A stretch of DNA of 45,573 nucleotides from a virus, in the IMG/VR virus record IMGVR_UViG_3300035156_000171, positions 1 to 45,573 of that record; one strand, given 5' to 3'. A program made the position numbers and the translations under genes. The notes beneath the pieces are model-generated. The model ran no database searches, was not told the DNA's origin, and worked only from the letters and a program-made list of their open reading frames with translations. Below, piece after piece: positions 22,348 through 30,894 of this stretch. Position 1 is the stretch's first letter. The number at the start of each line of letters is the position of its first letter.

Positions 22348-23211
22348 GTGGCGCGCATAACCGACTGGATTTTTGGCACCTCGGCCGCGCCGAATACTGG
22401 CGACCAAGTGCCGGCGTTCGTGGCTTTGGGCTCGAACGGCCTTCCCATTGCAGGGGGAGGAGCGTCGAACGCCAATCCGGGCGCGGATTACGCCAAGGAC
22501 ACGAAGCAGGACGCCGGGAACGCGGCACTCGGAACCACTGCCGACGCGGCTTATTCCGGCACCGGATCGTCCTCGATAGTCGCGGCACTCAAAGGTGTCT
22601 ACGCAAGGCTCGCCGGTACGCTCACTGCGACGCTTGCGGCCGGGTCCGCTGTCATCGGGGCGGTGACACAGTCTGGCTCGTGGAACATTACAAACGTCAC
22701 GGGTACGGTAAGCCTACCGACTGGTGCGGCCACGAGCGCGGCGCAGACGACCGGCAACACATCCGCCGCGACGACGGCGACGGCGGCGGGCGCTCCGGCC
22801 GATGCCACATGGACCGGCACGGGCTCCGGCTCGATTATTTCTGTGATCAAGGCGGTATGGTCGGCCGTGCGCGGTCGACATCTTTATGTGGCGGAAAGCT
22901 CGTTCGCCCTCGCGGCGTCGGGACAGCTTTCCGGCGGGAATTATGTGGCAAACCCACCAAGCCCCAGCCCGTATCGCCGCCTCTTGGCGACAGCTTACAG
23001 CAACGTAGCGGGCACGACCTACATCATCGACATGAACGACGGGCTCGGTCATTTCGCGCAAATTCAATCTGCCGTCCTCGCTGCCGGCGTCGTCACGTCG
23101 ATCGACATTCCATTGCCGCTCATGAGCGCGGATACTCGATTTCGCATTTATCTTGTCAACGGGGCTACGCCGGCAACTCTGGCGTTTACATCGATCGGGC
23201 TCACGGTGTGA
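22348..23211 (+). CDS. Ala/Thr/Gly-rich virion-module protein with an internal duplicated motif (287 aa), fibre-like
   Basis: GTG start. TADAAYSGTGSSSIVAALKGVYARLAG and PADATWTGTGSGSIISVIKAVWSAVRG are repeated. Also LPTGAATSAAQTTGNTSA. Confidence 0.55.
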   Translation: MARITDWIFGTSAAPNTGDQVPAFVALGSNGLPIAGGGASNANPGADYAKDTKQDAGNAALGTTADAAYSGTGSSSIVAALKGVYARLAGTLTATLAAGSAVIGAVTQSGSWNITNVTGTVSLPTGAATSAAQTTGNTSAATTATAAGAPADATWTGTGSGSIISVIKAVWSAVRGRHLYVAESSFALAASGQLSGGNYVANPPSPSPYRRLLATAYSNVAGTTYIIDMNDGLGHFAQIQSAVLAAGVVTSIDIPLPLMSADTRFRIYLVNGATPATLAFTSIGLTV

Positions 23212-23217
23212 GGTGCC

Positions 23218-23721
23218 ATGCCTATATTCTACAATGGTCGCGAGTTAATCGAGGGCGTCCCGCGCCCAGCGACTAGCGTCCCGCCAGAGGCGGGCACGGT
23301 CGGCGGCATTGGTGAAAGCGACCTTTACGCACGGGGAGACCACACGCACGAAGTCCGTGCCCGGCGCAGGCGGGTGACGCTCACTTTGGCTGTCGCGCCG
23401 TCGCCATATGCAGGACAAGACGTGGCGCGGTGGGTGTTCGGGAAACCGTTCCTTACGAAACCCATTATCGTGTGCTCGCCAGAGGACGATGGCGGCCAGC
23501 CGGTATTCGCCGGGGCCATCAAATCCTCTTTCGAGCAAGACGCCAACGGATTGTGGACCGCCGTCACCGTGAGAGGGCAGAGATCACGTCCGCTTCCGAG
23601 CCTCGGCATCCTCGCGATCCCGGCGCTTAACAACGCTCTTGCGCTGTTCAATGTCTTCGGCGCGTCTGCGGCCGGCGTGGTCGTGGGCTTGACGGCGGCG
23701 GAAGAAACGCCGACGACGTGA
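23218..23721 (+). CDS. Fibre/receptor-binding-associated protein (167 aa)
   Basis: GIGESDLYARGDHTHEV resembles the G.S..YARADHVH motif seen at tail-fibre N-termini. Confidence 0.5.
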   Translation: MPIFYNGRELIEGVPRPATSVPPEAGTVGGIGESDLYARGDHTHEVRARRRRVTLTLAVAPSPYAGQDVARWVFGKPFLTKPIIVCSPEDDGGQPVFAGAIKSSFEQDANGLWTAVTVRGQRSRPLPSLGILAIPALNNALALFNVFGASAAGVVVGLTAAEETPTT

Positions 23722-23744
23722 GGGCATCTTAGGAGACGCTTGGT

Positions 23745-23963
23745 ATGTGCATTTTCGGCGGCGGTGCCCGCGCTCGTCCTCCGGCTCTCCCACCGCCGCC
23801 TGCCGCCCCGCCGTCCGCTGGCGATGCGGACGTGAACCGGGCGCGTGCGGACGAACAGGCGCGCATCCGGGCACTGTCCGGCTCCGGGTCGACCATGCTC
23901 ACGACGGGCAAGTCGCTCGACGATGCGGGCATGATGGGCAACAAGGCAAAGCTGGGGCAGTGA
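23745..23963 (+). CDS. Small Met-Cys-initiated Pro-rich protein (72 aa), T7 gp6.7-like by position and composition
   Basis: MCIFGGGARARPPALPPPPAAPP...TMLTTGKSLDDAGMMGNKAKLGQ. Lies just upstream of the portal. Confidence 0.4.
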   Translation: MCIFGGGARARPPALPPPPAAPPSAGDADVNRARADEQARIRALSGSGSTMLTTGKSLDDAGMMGNKAKLGQ

Positions 23964-24235
23964 TGGACCACGATCATTTCTGGCAGGCGATCATCGTCGG
24001 CCTCGCGATTGCCCTGGTAGCGATCGGCCTCAACGCCGCGTGCGTGTTCCTGAACAGTGACAAGTGGGCCATGATCGGCGTCGCGGCCGGGGTTCTCGCC
24101 CTCGTCGTTGCGTGGTGGTCGGCGAGCGCGCAGGCGAACGGGGCGGATTGGGACATCGATCTGCTGTCTCTGTCCGTTTCGGGGCTCGTCCTCGTCTCCT
24201 ACCTGTCGGCGTTCGCCTCGATTCTGCTCGCGTAA
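23963..24235 (+). CDS. Three-TM membrane protein (90 aa)
   Basis: ATG 23963 overlaps the TGA. FWQAIIVGLAIALVAIGL, MIGVAAGVLALVVAWW and LSVSGLVLVSYLSAFASILLA. Confidence 0.5.
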   Translation: MDHDHFWQAIIVGLAIALVAIGLNAACVFLNSDKWAMIGVAAGVLALVVAWWSASAQANGADWDIDLLSLSVSGLVLVSYLSAFASILLA

Positions 24236-24246
24236 GGCATCCTCGA

Positions 24247-26004
24247 ATGGTCATGGTCCAATCGGCTGACGAACGGCGTGCGCCGCTCCCGAAGCCGAAA
24301 TTCATGCTCTTGGACCTGCCTAAAGCGCCGTTCGAAAAGCGACGCGCGCTTCTGCGAACCGAGCGCTCGTATTACGACAGCGAGTGGTATGAAATCAGCC
24401 GGTTTATCCGGCCGCGTCGGTCGAAGTTCATCAACGGTCGGCCGGGGCACGGCACGACCGGGCGGGCCGACGACAACCGGCTCGCCGTGGACATCATCAA
24501 CACCACGGCGACGATCGCCAGCCGCACGCTCAAGAGCGGCATGCACTCCGGCCTCTCGTCTCCGGCACGTCCTTGGTTCCGACTGACGCTGGAAGACAAG
24601 GACTTGGCCGAAAGCGGCGACGTCAAGGAATATCTCACGGCGGTCGCGCGGCGCATGTCGGCGGTGTTCGGTCGGGGAAACTTCTACAACTGCCTGCATA
24701 CCGGGTACGGTGACATCGGCGATTTCGGAACATCGGTCATGATGATCGACGAGAATTACAAAGACGTTATCCGGTGTCATACCTATTCGCCCGGTACGTA
24801 CATGCTGGCGACGGACGACGAAGGCCGGGTGAATACGGTGTATCGCGAGTTCACGCGCACGGTCTTGGCGTGTGTTCAGAAATGGGGAATGCGCGTCTCT
24901 CCTACCGTGATGAATATGTACCACAACGGAAATCTCGACGCCTATGTCGATTTGACCGAAGTGATTGAACCGAACATGCAACAGGTACGCGATGTGCTTG
25001 GGCCGCGCGGAGCGCCGTTCCTGCGGCTGCATTACGAGACCAAGGGCGACGGCGACCGGCTCCTCGACTGCAAGGGGTGCTTCGAATTCCCCGGCTGCGT
25101 TCCCCGGTGGGAAGTGCGAGACGACGACGTGTACGGGTACGGGCCGGGGCTGGAAGCTCTGGCGGACGCGCGCGGCCTACAGGTCATGGAGCTGCGCAAG
25201 CAGATCATGATCGACAAGATGGCGACGCCGCCGACGCAAGGCGGGTCGAAAGGGACGCAAGTCAAGCATCGGGCGGGCGCGCACACGTTCACGCCGGACA
25301 GCCTCGGCGCGCGCAAGACGATCGACACGCTCTATGACATCAATCCCGGCGCGCTCCAGGCGCTCGGCGCGGAAATTCAGCGCGGCGAGGGGCGCGTCCG
25401 GGAGAGCTACTTCTACGACCTGTTCCTGATGTTCGCCGAAAGCGACCGGCGCGAGATTACCGCGCGCGAAGTCGACGAACGCAGCTCGGAAAAGCTACTC
25501 GCGCTCGGGCCGATGCTTGAGCGCCAGTTCGACGAAAACCTGAACCCAGCGATCGAGCGCGTGTTCAACATCATGAACCGAGCGCGCGGGCCGAACGGCG
25601 AAAGCATGTTCCCGGACCCGCCGGACGAAATCGACGGGATGGAGCTCAAGGTTCAGTTCGTTTCGCCGCTTGCCCAGGCGCAGCGTGCGGTCGCGATCGG
25701 CGGCATCGAAAACCTGTGGCGGTTTGCCGGTGGTGTCGCCTCGGCCGCTCCGTCCGTCCTCGACAAGCTCGACGCGGATCAGGCGCTCGACGAATACGCC
25801 GATGCGACCGGCGTGCCTCCGGGGCTGGTGCTGTCGGATGACAAGGTCGCCAAGGTCCGTGCGGACAAGGCGAAGGCGGCTGAAGGCGCGGCGATGGCAG
25901 CGGCGGCGGGGCAGGCGGCAGAAATCGGCAAGACGCTGTCTCAGACAGAAGTGTCCGACGAAAACGCCCTCGGCCTCATCACCGGCGGCGTGGGGGCTTA
26001 CTAG
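24247..26004 (+). CDS. Portal (head-tail connector) protein (585 aa)
   Basis: RSYYDSEWYEISRFIRPRRSKF...TIASRTLKSGMHSGLSSPARPWFRL is typical of podovirus connector proteins. Lies upstream of the scaffold and capsid genes. Confidence 0.85.
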   Translation: MVMVQSADERRAPLPKPKFMLLDLPKAPFEKRRALLRTERSYYDSEWYEISRFIRPRRSKFINGRPGHGTTGRADDNRLAVDIINTTATIASRTLKSGMHSGLSSPARPWFRLTLEDKDLAESGDVKEYLTAVARRMSAVFGRGNFYNCLHTGYGDIGDFGTSVMMIDENYKDVIRCHTYSPGTYMLATDDEGRVNTVYREFTRTVLACVQKWGMRVSPTVMNMYHNGNLDAYVDLTEVIEPNMQQVRDVLGPRGAPFLRLHYETKGDGDRLLDCKGCFEFPGCVPRWEVRDDDVYGYGPGLEALADARGLQVMELRKQIMIDKMATPPTQGGSKGTQVKHRAGAHTFTPDSLGARKTIDTLYDINPGALQALGAEIQRGEGRVRESYFYDLFLMFAESDRREITAREVDERSSEKLLALGPMLERQFDENLNPAIERVFNIMNRARGPNGESMFPDPPDEIDGMELKVQFVSPLAQAQRAVAIGGIENLWRFAGGVASAAPSVLDKLDADQALDEYADATGVPPGLVLSDDKVAKVRADKAKAAEGAAMAAAAGQAAEIGKTLSQTEVSDENALGLITGGVGAY

Positions 26005-26303
26005 TGATCGACGACGGCCTTTCGGACGGCGCTGCCGCTGTCGCAGAACAAGAGGCGGCGCAGAAAGCCGCCAAGCGATCCGCCCATGATACAGCCGTCG
26101 TCATGTCGACGCGCGAGGGTCGGCGGTTCGTGTATGAAATCCTGTCGGGCCTCGGGGTGTTCGTGCCGGTCTATACCGCGCGACAAGCCGGAGCGCAGGA
26201 GGGCGGCATGATCCTGATCGCCGATCGGGTTAAACGCGCCGGCCACGATTTTTACCATGTCATGCTGCGGGAGAACGAGAGAGATGACGACGTTTCGGAA
26301 TAG
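26004..26303 (+). CDS. Hypothetical head-module protein (99 aa)
   Basis: GTG start overlapping the portal stop. Confidence 0.5.
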   Translation: MIDDGLSDGAAAVAEQEAAQKAAKRSAHDTAVVMSTREGRRFVYEILSGLGVFVPVYTARQAGAQEGGMILIADRVKRAGHDFYHVMLRENERDDDVSE

Positions 26304-27162
26304 ACTGGGCGCAGGTTCGGCGGCTTTCCTGTTTGCCGGCCTGCTCGGGCCTCGGATCATGCTCGCGCCGGAAGGCGAAGGGGGAAGCGGTGGCGAAGGA
26401 TCAACGGGCAGCGATCAAAGCGGTGCTGGCGGTGGGGCTGGCGGCGGCGCTGGCGGTGATCCTCCCGCCGGAACCGCCGGGAAGGAAGGCGAGGCCGCCA
26501 GGCCCTCCATCCTCGCGGAAGCCGTCGCGAAACCGGCGGGAGAAGCGGCCAAGCCCGCCGAAGGGGAAGCCGAGCCCGAAGGTGAAGGCGATCAGGCCAA
26601 GCCGGAGGGAGCCAAGGACACGGGCGACAAAGAGCTAGGCGACAAGGCGAAGGCGAAGGACGGCGAGACGCCGGCCGACGACACGCCGAAGGATGTCGAC
26701 GGCAATCCGATCCCGGAGACCTACGAAGTCAAGATGCCGGACGGCATGAAGATGGACGAGGCTTTGATGGAAAAAGCCGCGCCGATCTTCAAGGATAAAA
26801 AGATGTCGCCGGATCAGGTACAAGCGGCGGTCGACCTTTATACCGAAATCACCAAGGAACAACTCGGAAAGTATGCCGAGCAAGTCGCGCAATGGGCGAT
26901 CGACACGAAGAAAGACCCGGAAATCGGCGGCGCGAACTACGAGCGTAACCTTGGCCTCGCGAAGACTGCGTTCACGGCGTTCGGAAACGAGCGAGCGATG
27001 CAGATTTTCGACACTTACGGGCTCGGGAACAACCCGGACATCCTGCGAATTTTCGTGCGCATGGGCGAGGCGATCGGCGAGGGAGCGACGGTTCTGCCAG
27101 GATCGGCTACGGGCGGGCGCATTTCCGACGCCGAAGCTATGTACCCCAGCATGAAGACCTGA
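26284..27162 (+). CDS. Scaffolding protein (292 aa; alternative start ATG 26359)
   Basis: Low-complexity G/E/A/K/P-rich N-terminal half and a helical C-terminal half. Lies between the portal and major capsid genes. Confidence 0.65.
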   Translation: MTTFRNRLGAGSAAFLFAGLLGPRIMLAPEGEGGSGGEGSTGSDQSGAGGGAGGGAGGDPPAGTAGKEGEAARPSILAEAVAKPAGEAAKPAEGEAEPEGEGDQAKPEGAKDTGDKELGDKAKAKDGETPADDTPKDVDGNPIPETYEVKMPDGMKMDEALMEKAAPIFKDKKMSPDQVQAAVDLYTEITKEQLGKYAEQVAQWAIDTKKDPEIGGANYERNLGLAKTAFTAFGNERAMQIFDTYGLGNNPDILRIFVRMGEAIGEGATVLPGSATGGRISDAEAMYPSMKT

Positions 27163-27208
27163 TACAGCGATTTGCGGGGACCGCTGAAACTTGGGAGGTG
27201 AAGCAAAC

Positions 27209-27222
27209 CGTTTTGCAAAACG
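27209..27222 (+). other. 14-bp perfect palindrome CGTTTTGCAAAACG in the capsid-gene 5' UTR
   Basis: Flanked by two SD-like elements (GGGAGGTGA and GTGAGG) in the 72-nt gap before ATG 27235. Confidence 0.25.
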
Positions 27223-27234
27223 TGAGGCTTTGAA

Positions 27235-28224
27235 ATGGCGGTCGTTGGCTCCCTTGTCACCACGCTTACGGACATCGGCAAGGGGCTCGATCCCAATGGC
27301 GCCGTGGCCCGCGTGATCGAAATCCTCAATCAGCAGAACGAGATGCTGGAGGATATGCTCTGGATGCAGTGCAACGACGGCACCTCGCACAAGTCGAGCA
27401 TCCGCACCGGCCTACCCTTCGGTACGTGGCGCATGCTGTACCAGGGCGTCCAGCCCGCGAAGACCACGCGAGCCCAGGTCGTCGACACGGTCGGCATGCT
27501 GGAGAACTACTCCGAGCCCGACAAGGACGCCGTCGACATTCAGTCGAACCCCGGCGCGTACCGCCTCTCCGAAGCCAAGGGCATCATGGAGGGGATGAAC
27601 CAGCAGATGCAGCAGGCCGTTCTCTACGGGAACCAGAACGTGGTCCCGCAGATGTTCACGGGCCTCTCGCCCCGCTACAACTCCCTAGCAGCCGGCACCG
27701 GCGCGAACATCATCGACGCGGGCGGGACCGGCGTCGACAACACCTCGATCTGGTACGTGACGTGGGGCGAGGACACCTGCCACGGCATCTATCCGAGGGG
27801 CCTGCCCGGCGGCCTCACGCACCGCGACCTCGGCGAGGACACGAAGACGCTCGCGGACGGCGGCATGTATCAGGTCTACCGCGACCACTTCAAATGGTCG
27901 GCGGGCATGGTCATCCGCGACTGGCGCTATGTCGTCCGCATCGCCAACATCGACGTGTCCGACCTGACCACGGACGTGAACAAGCTCAAGGCGCTCGTCG
28001 GCCTGATGATCCAGGCGGCCGAGATGATGCGCACCACCGGCATGGGTCGCGCCGCGTGGTACATGAACCGGAACACGGCCTCGAAGCTGCGAACCGCGAT
28101 CCTCGAAAAGGTCGGCCTGAACCTGACCTGGGAAACGGTCGCCGGGAAGAAAGTCATGATGTTCGACGGCATCCCGGTTCGCCGCGTCGAACAGCTCCTC
28201 AACACGGAAGCGCGCGTCGTCTAG
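27235..28224 (+). CDS. Major capsid protein (329 aa, HK97-fold type as in BPP-1-like podoviruses)
   Basis: Size and position after the scaffold. Strong codon bias. By-eye resemblance to podovirus coat proteins. Confidence 0.8.
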   Translation: MAVVGSLVTTLTDIGKGLDPNGAVARVIEILNQQNEMLEDMLWMQCNDGTSHKSSIRTGLPFGTWRMLYQGVQPAKTTRAQVVDTVGMLENYSEPDKDAVDIQSNPGAYRLSEAKGIMEGMNQQMQQAVLYGNQNVVPQMFTGLSPRYNSLAAGTGANIIDAGGTGVDNTSIWYVTWGEDTCHGIYPRGLPGGLTHRDLGEDTKTLADGGMYQVYRDHFKWSAGMVIRDWRYVVRIANIDVSDLTTDVNKLKALVGLMIQAAEMMRTTGMGRAAWYMNRNTASKLRTAILEKVGLNLTWETVAGKKVMMFDGIPVRRVEQLLNTEARVV

Positions 28225-28328
28225 CGCCACAAGGCGGGCTCGTCCCGGCGGTCAGGACCGACCGCGTATTGGGTTCCGGCGACCTGCGAGGGCCGCACCA
28301 GATTTCACAGTCGCGAGGCTCGCCCGTC

Positions 28329-28757
28329 ATGATCCTGTCCAAGCAAGACGAACTCTCCAACGCCCAGGCCGTAACGGTCTCGGCCGCGTCCACGAACCAG
28401 CAGGATTTCGGCCCGGCGGCCTACACTGGCAACTCTGCCGGCAAGAGCGTCGGGACTGTGTTCTTCAACGTGGACACCGATTTCACGGCGGCCGGCGCGG
28501 CGACGTTGCAGATGGGTCTGCGGTCCTCGGTCAACGCGGATATGTCCGGGTCCGTGACGCACCTCCTGACGCCCGCGATACCGGTGGCTTCGCTCAAGCG
28601 CGGCAACAGCCTCCGGGCCGCAGGCCTGATGCTGCCGATCCCGGACAACGTCCAGCGGTATGTCGACGTGTTCTATACCGTCGCGACCGGCCCGTTCACC
28701 GCCGGAGCCATCTCGGCGCGGATCACGCTGGCGCAGCCGAACAACGTCGGCGCGTAA
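28329..28757 (+). CDS. Capsid cement/decoration protein (142 aa), Bbp16-like
   Basis: MILSKQDELSNAQAVTVSAASTNQQDFG...YVDVFYTVATGPFTAGAISARI. Lies immediately after the capsid gene, as in BPP-1. Confidence 0.5.
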   Translation: MILSKQDELSNAQAVTVSAASTNQQDFGPAAYTGNSAGKSVGTVFFNVDTDFTAAGAATLQMGLRSSVNADMSGSVTHLLTPAIPVASLKRGNSLRAAGLMLPIPDNVQRYVDVFYTVATGPFTAGAISARITLAQPNNVGA

Positions 28758-28796
28758 TCGCGGCGGCCCACCTCGTAGAGCGGAGAGTTTCGAACA

Positions 28797-29540
28797 ATGA
28801 GCGAACAGGCAGACAAGGCGCGCGAGGCGGCCCGCAAGCAGCGCGATGCGGCCGACGCGGCGGCAGACAGGGCTGACAAGGCCGAAGGCACGGACGCCGC
28901 CAAGGCGGCTCAGGCGCGGCGTGAGGCCGAGCAGCGTGCGGAGGAGGTCAAGCTTGCGGCCGAGAACGCCGGCAAGTCGGATGCGGACAAGGCGAGCCTG
29001 CGGGCGGCCGACGCCGCGAAGGCCGAAGGTCTCGACGCTCGCGAGCTGGCGATCGACGCCCGCGAGAAGGACTTCGAAGCGCGCCTCAAGAGAATGGAAG
29101 ACGCGCTTCTCGGCGGCGCGACCGGCCTCCAGGGCGCACCCCTCGACCAGCCGAAGTCGACACACGTTCTCTCGCCCGGCTCTCAGAACGATCCAGCGGC
29201 GGTCGGCGTTGCCGGGGCGATGTCGGGGGTTACGTCCGGCCCGAAGCTCCAGCCGCACCCGCTGGCCGGGACGGACGCCTCGGCCCGTCCCATGTTCGAC
29301 TGGGTCGACGGCGAAGTGACCGTGTGGGGCCGGGACCAGCACGGCCGGGTGATCCGTCCGACCGAATATCCGCAGCTCACCGAGCAGGACGTGCGCCTGA
29401 CGAAGACGATCTACATCGACGATGCGATCCGCAACGCCGGGGAGATCATGCGTCAGTACACGGGGCCGCTGGGGTCCGGCATGATCCCGATCGGCCCGGA
29501 CGGCAAGGACTTGCCCCGGAGCCAGTACGACAAGCGCTGA
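28797..29540 (+). CDS. Virion-module protein (247 aa) with an Ala/Asp/Lys/Glu-rich coiled-coil N-terminus
   Basis: ORF in the track. The long opposite-strand ORF across it is Arg-rich and was rejected. Confidence 0.6.
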   Translation: MSEQADKAREAARKQRDAADAAADRADKAEGTDAAKAAQARREAEQRAEEVKLAAENAGKSDADKASLRAADAAKAEGLDARELAIDAREKDFEARLKRMEDALLGGATGLQGAPLDQPKSTHVLSPGSQNDPAAVGVAGAMSGVTSGPKLQPHPLAGTDASARPMFDWVDGEVTVWGRDQHGRVIRPTEYPQLTEQDVRLTKTIYIDDAIRNAGEIMRQYTGPLGSGMIPIGPDGKDLPRSQYDKR

Positions 29541-29562
29541 TCGCTTGCGCCTAGTCGCTAAC

Positions 29563-29587
29563 GCGCCGGCCGTGTGGTGGCCGGCGC
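29563..29587 (+). other. GC hairpin (9-bp perfect stem GCGCCGGCC/GGCCGGCGC, 7-nt loop) without a U-tract
   Basis: Lies in the 66-nt gap between 29540 and ATG 29607. Confidence 0.35.
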
Positions 29588-29606
29588 GAACTCTCTCGGG
29601 GTGGAC

Positions 29607-29930
29607 ATGGCCGCTGAACTCGTCTCGCTCAAGCGCACGCCCTCCGAGAAGAAAGAGGAAATGCCCTCCGAGTACACGCCGCCCGACTACGGGTACGGCA
29701 CGCGCCTGTCGCTGAACGAAGACGACATGGCGAAGCTCGGCATCGAGCGTGGGACGATCGGCGATACGATGATGCTCAACGCGAAGGTCCGCGTCTGCGG
29801 ATACAGCGAGGGCAGTCATGAGACGCATTCGCACAAGACGCTCGAACTCCAGATCACGGACGCCGCGCTCGCGCCGGCCGCGGACCCGAACAAGGTCGAC
29901 GACGCGACGGCCCTCTACGGGAAGCGCTGA
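29607..29930 (+). CDS. Small head-module protein (107 aa)
   Basis: GGGGTGGAC before ATG 29607. PPDYGYGTRLSLNEDDMAKLG...LELQITD is a pattern I have seen in small capsid-associated phage proteins. Confidence 0.5.
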   Translation: MAAELVSLKRTPSEKKEEMPSEYTPPDYGYGTRLSLNEDDMAKLGIERGTIGDTMMLNAKVRVCGYSEGSHETHSHKTLELQITDAALAPAADPNKVDDATALYGKR

Positions 29931-29932
29931 GA

Positions 29933-30892
29933 ATGGCCTCGTCCGACATCGCGATCGTCAATCTCGCGCTCGGCCACCTTCGCCAGCGGACCATCGCCAG
30001 CTTCGCCGACAGGTCGCCGGAAGCCGCGCGCGCAAGCGAGTATTACCCCCAGGCGATCGACACGGCTTTGCGCGCGTTCGATTGGACGTGGGCGCGCTCC
30101 TACGCGCCGGGTGTCCTGATCGAGGATGCGGCGATCCCTGGTTTCGCTTACGGGTTCGAATACCCGGCCGACTGCCTGATGCTGCGCGGGATCGCGAACC
30201 CGAACGCCCTCGATCCGCCCATCCCCTACAAGCTGGCCCGGTTCGGCGGCGATCAGGTCGTGTTCGCCAACGTGCTCGCGCCGACTTTCGTCTACACGGC
30301 GCGCGTGACGGACGTTCCGGACTACGACCCGCATTTCGTGCAGCTCGCGAGCTACCATCTTGCGGCCATGCTGGCGATGCCGTTGACGGGAAAGCGACAG
30401 CTCCTCGACGACATGCGCAAGATGGCCGAGGCCGCGCGCGATGGCGCATGGACGGACGCGGCAAATGAGGAGCCGAACACGATAGGCGAGGACCCAACTC
30501 CCGATTGGCTCCAGGCGAGGGGAGTGCCCAACCGAACGCGACAGGAGCGGTCGGCGCTAGCCTGGGGCTCCGACTGCGCACCGACGACGGGCGGTACGAT
30601 CCTCCCGAATTCGCAGAGCGCGGTCGCTCCGATCATGGTCACGTTGCCAGGGCCTCAAATCCTGCCGGCCTACATCCCCGGCCTGACCGCGCCCGTGCCG
30701 GAAATCATCGGCGAGGTGATCGAGGGCGTCTCGATCTACCTCGATGGCGGCCGGCTGCAAAATCGGAACCGGCGACCTGGCTCTTTCGACACGTCCGTTC
30801 TCTGCGACGGAGGCCGGCTTAACGGGGACGGCACGCGACAGCCGGAAGCTCCGGTTTACAATTACGTTGTCGCCGACATGGGAAGGCTCTGA
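29933..30892 (+). CDS. Head-to-tail adaptor / tail tubular protein A-like (319 aa)
   Basis: IAIVNLALGHLRQRTIASFADRSPEAARASEYYPQAIDTALRAFDWTWA is typical of the N-terminus of podovirus adaptor proteins. Confidence 0.6.
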   Translation: MASSDIAIVNLALGHLRQRTIASFADRSPEAARASEYYPQAIDTALRAFDWTWARSYAPGVLIEDAAIPGFAYGFEYPADCLMLRGIANPNALDPPIPYKLARFGGDQVVFANVLAPTFVYTARVTDVPDYDPHFVQLASYHLAAMLAMPLTGKRQLLDDMRKMAEAARDGAWTDAANEEPNTIGEDPTPDWLQARGVPNRTRQERSALAWGSDCAPTTGGTILPNSQSAVAPIMVTLPGPQILPAYIPGLTAPVPEIIGEVIEGVSIYLDGGRLQNRNRRPGSFDTSVLCDGGRLNGDGTRQPEAPVYNYVVADMGRL

Positions 30893-30894
30893 CC

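Noticed and set aside
22050-23276. 408-aa plus-strand ORF overlapping the terL 3' end and the 287-aa gene
   Set aside because: Alternative frame with Arg/Gly/Cys-rich, nonsense-like composition. TerL and the fibre-like protein explain the region.
22348-23721. Diversity-generating retroelement, as in BPP-1-like phages
   Set aside because: No reverse transcriptase ORF anywhere. I noticed no template/variable repeat pair at the nucleotide level. The internal repeat in the 287-aa protein is an old, diverged duplication.
27369-28328. N-terminal 320 codons of the 462-aa ORF 27369..28757
   Set aside because: This part is the +1 frame of the major capsid gene and is Arg/His/Pro-rich. Only the in-frame part from ATG 28329 (the decoration protein) is credible.
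28225-28328. Terminator after the major capsid gene
   Set aside because: Only a weak 4-bp stem (CGGG/CCCG) and no T-run. Not supportable.
28305-29834. 509-aa minus-strand ORF across the decoration and head-module genes
   Set aside because: Arg/Gly/Leu-rich and low-complexity. It spans several well-supported plus-strand genes and intergenic hairpins, and no start context supports it.
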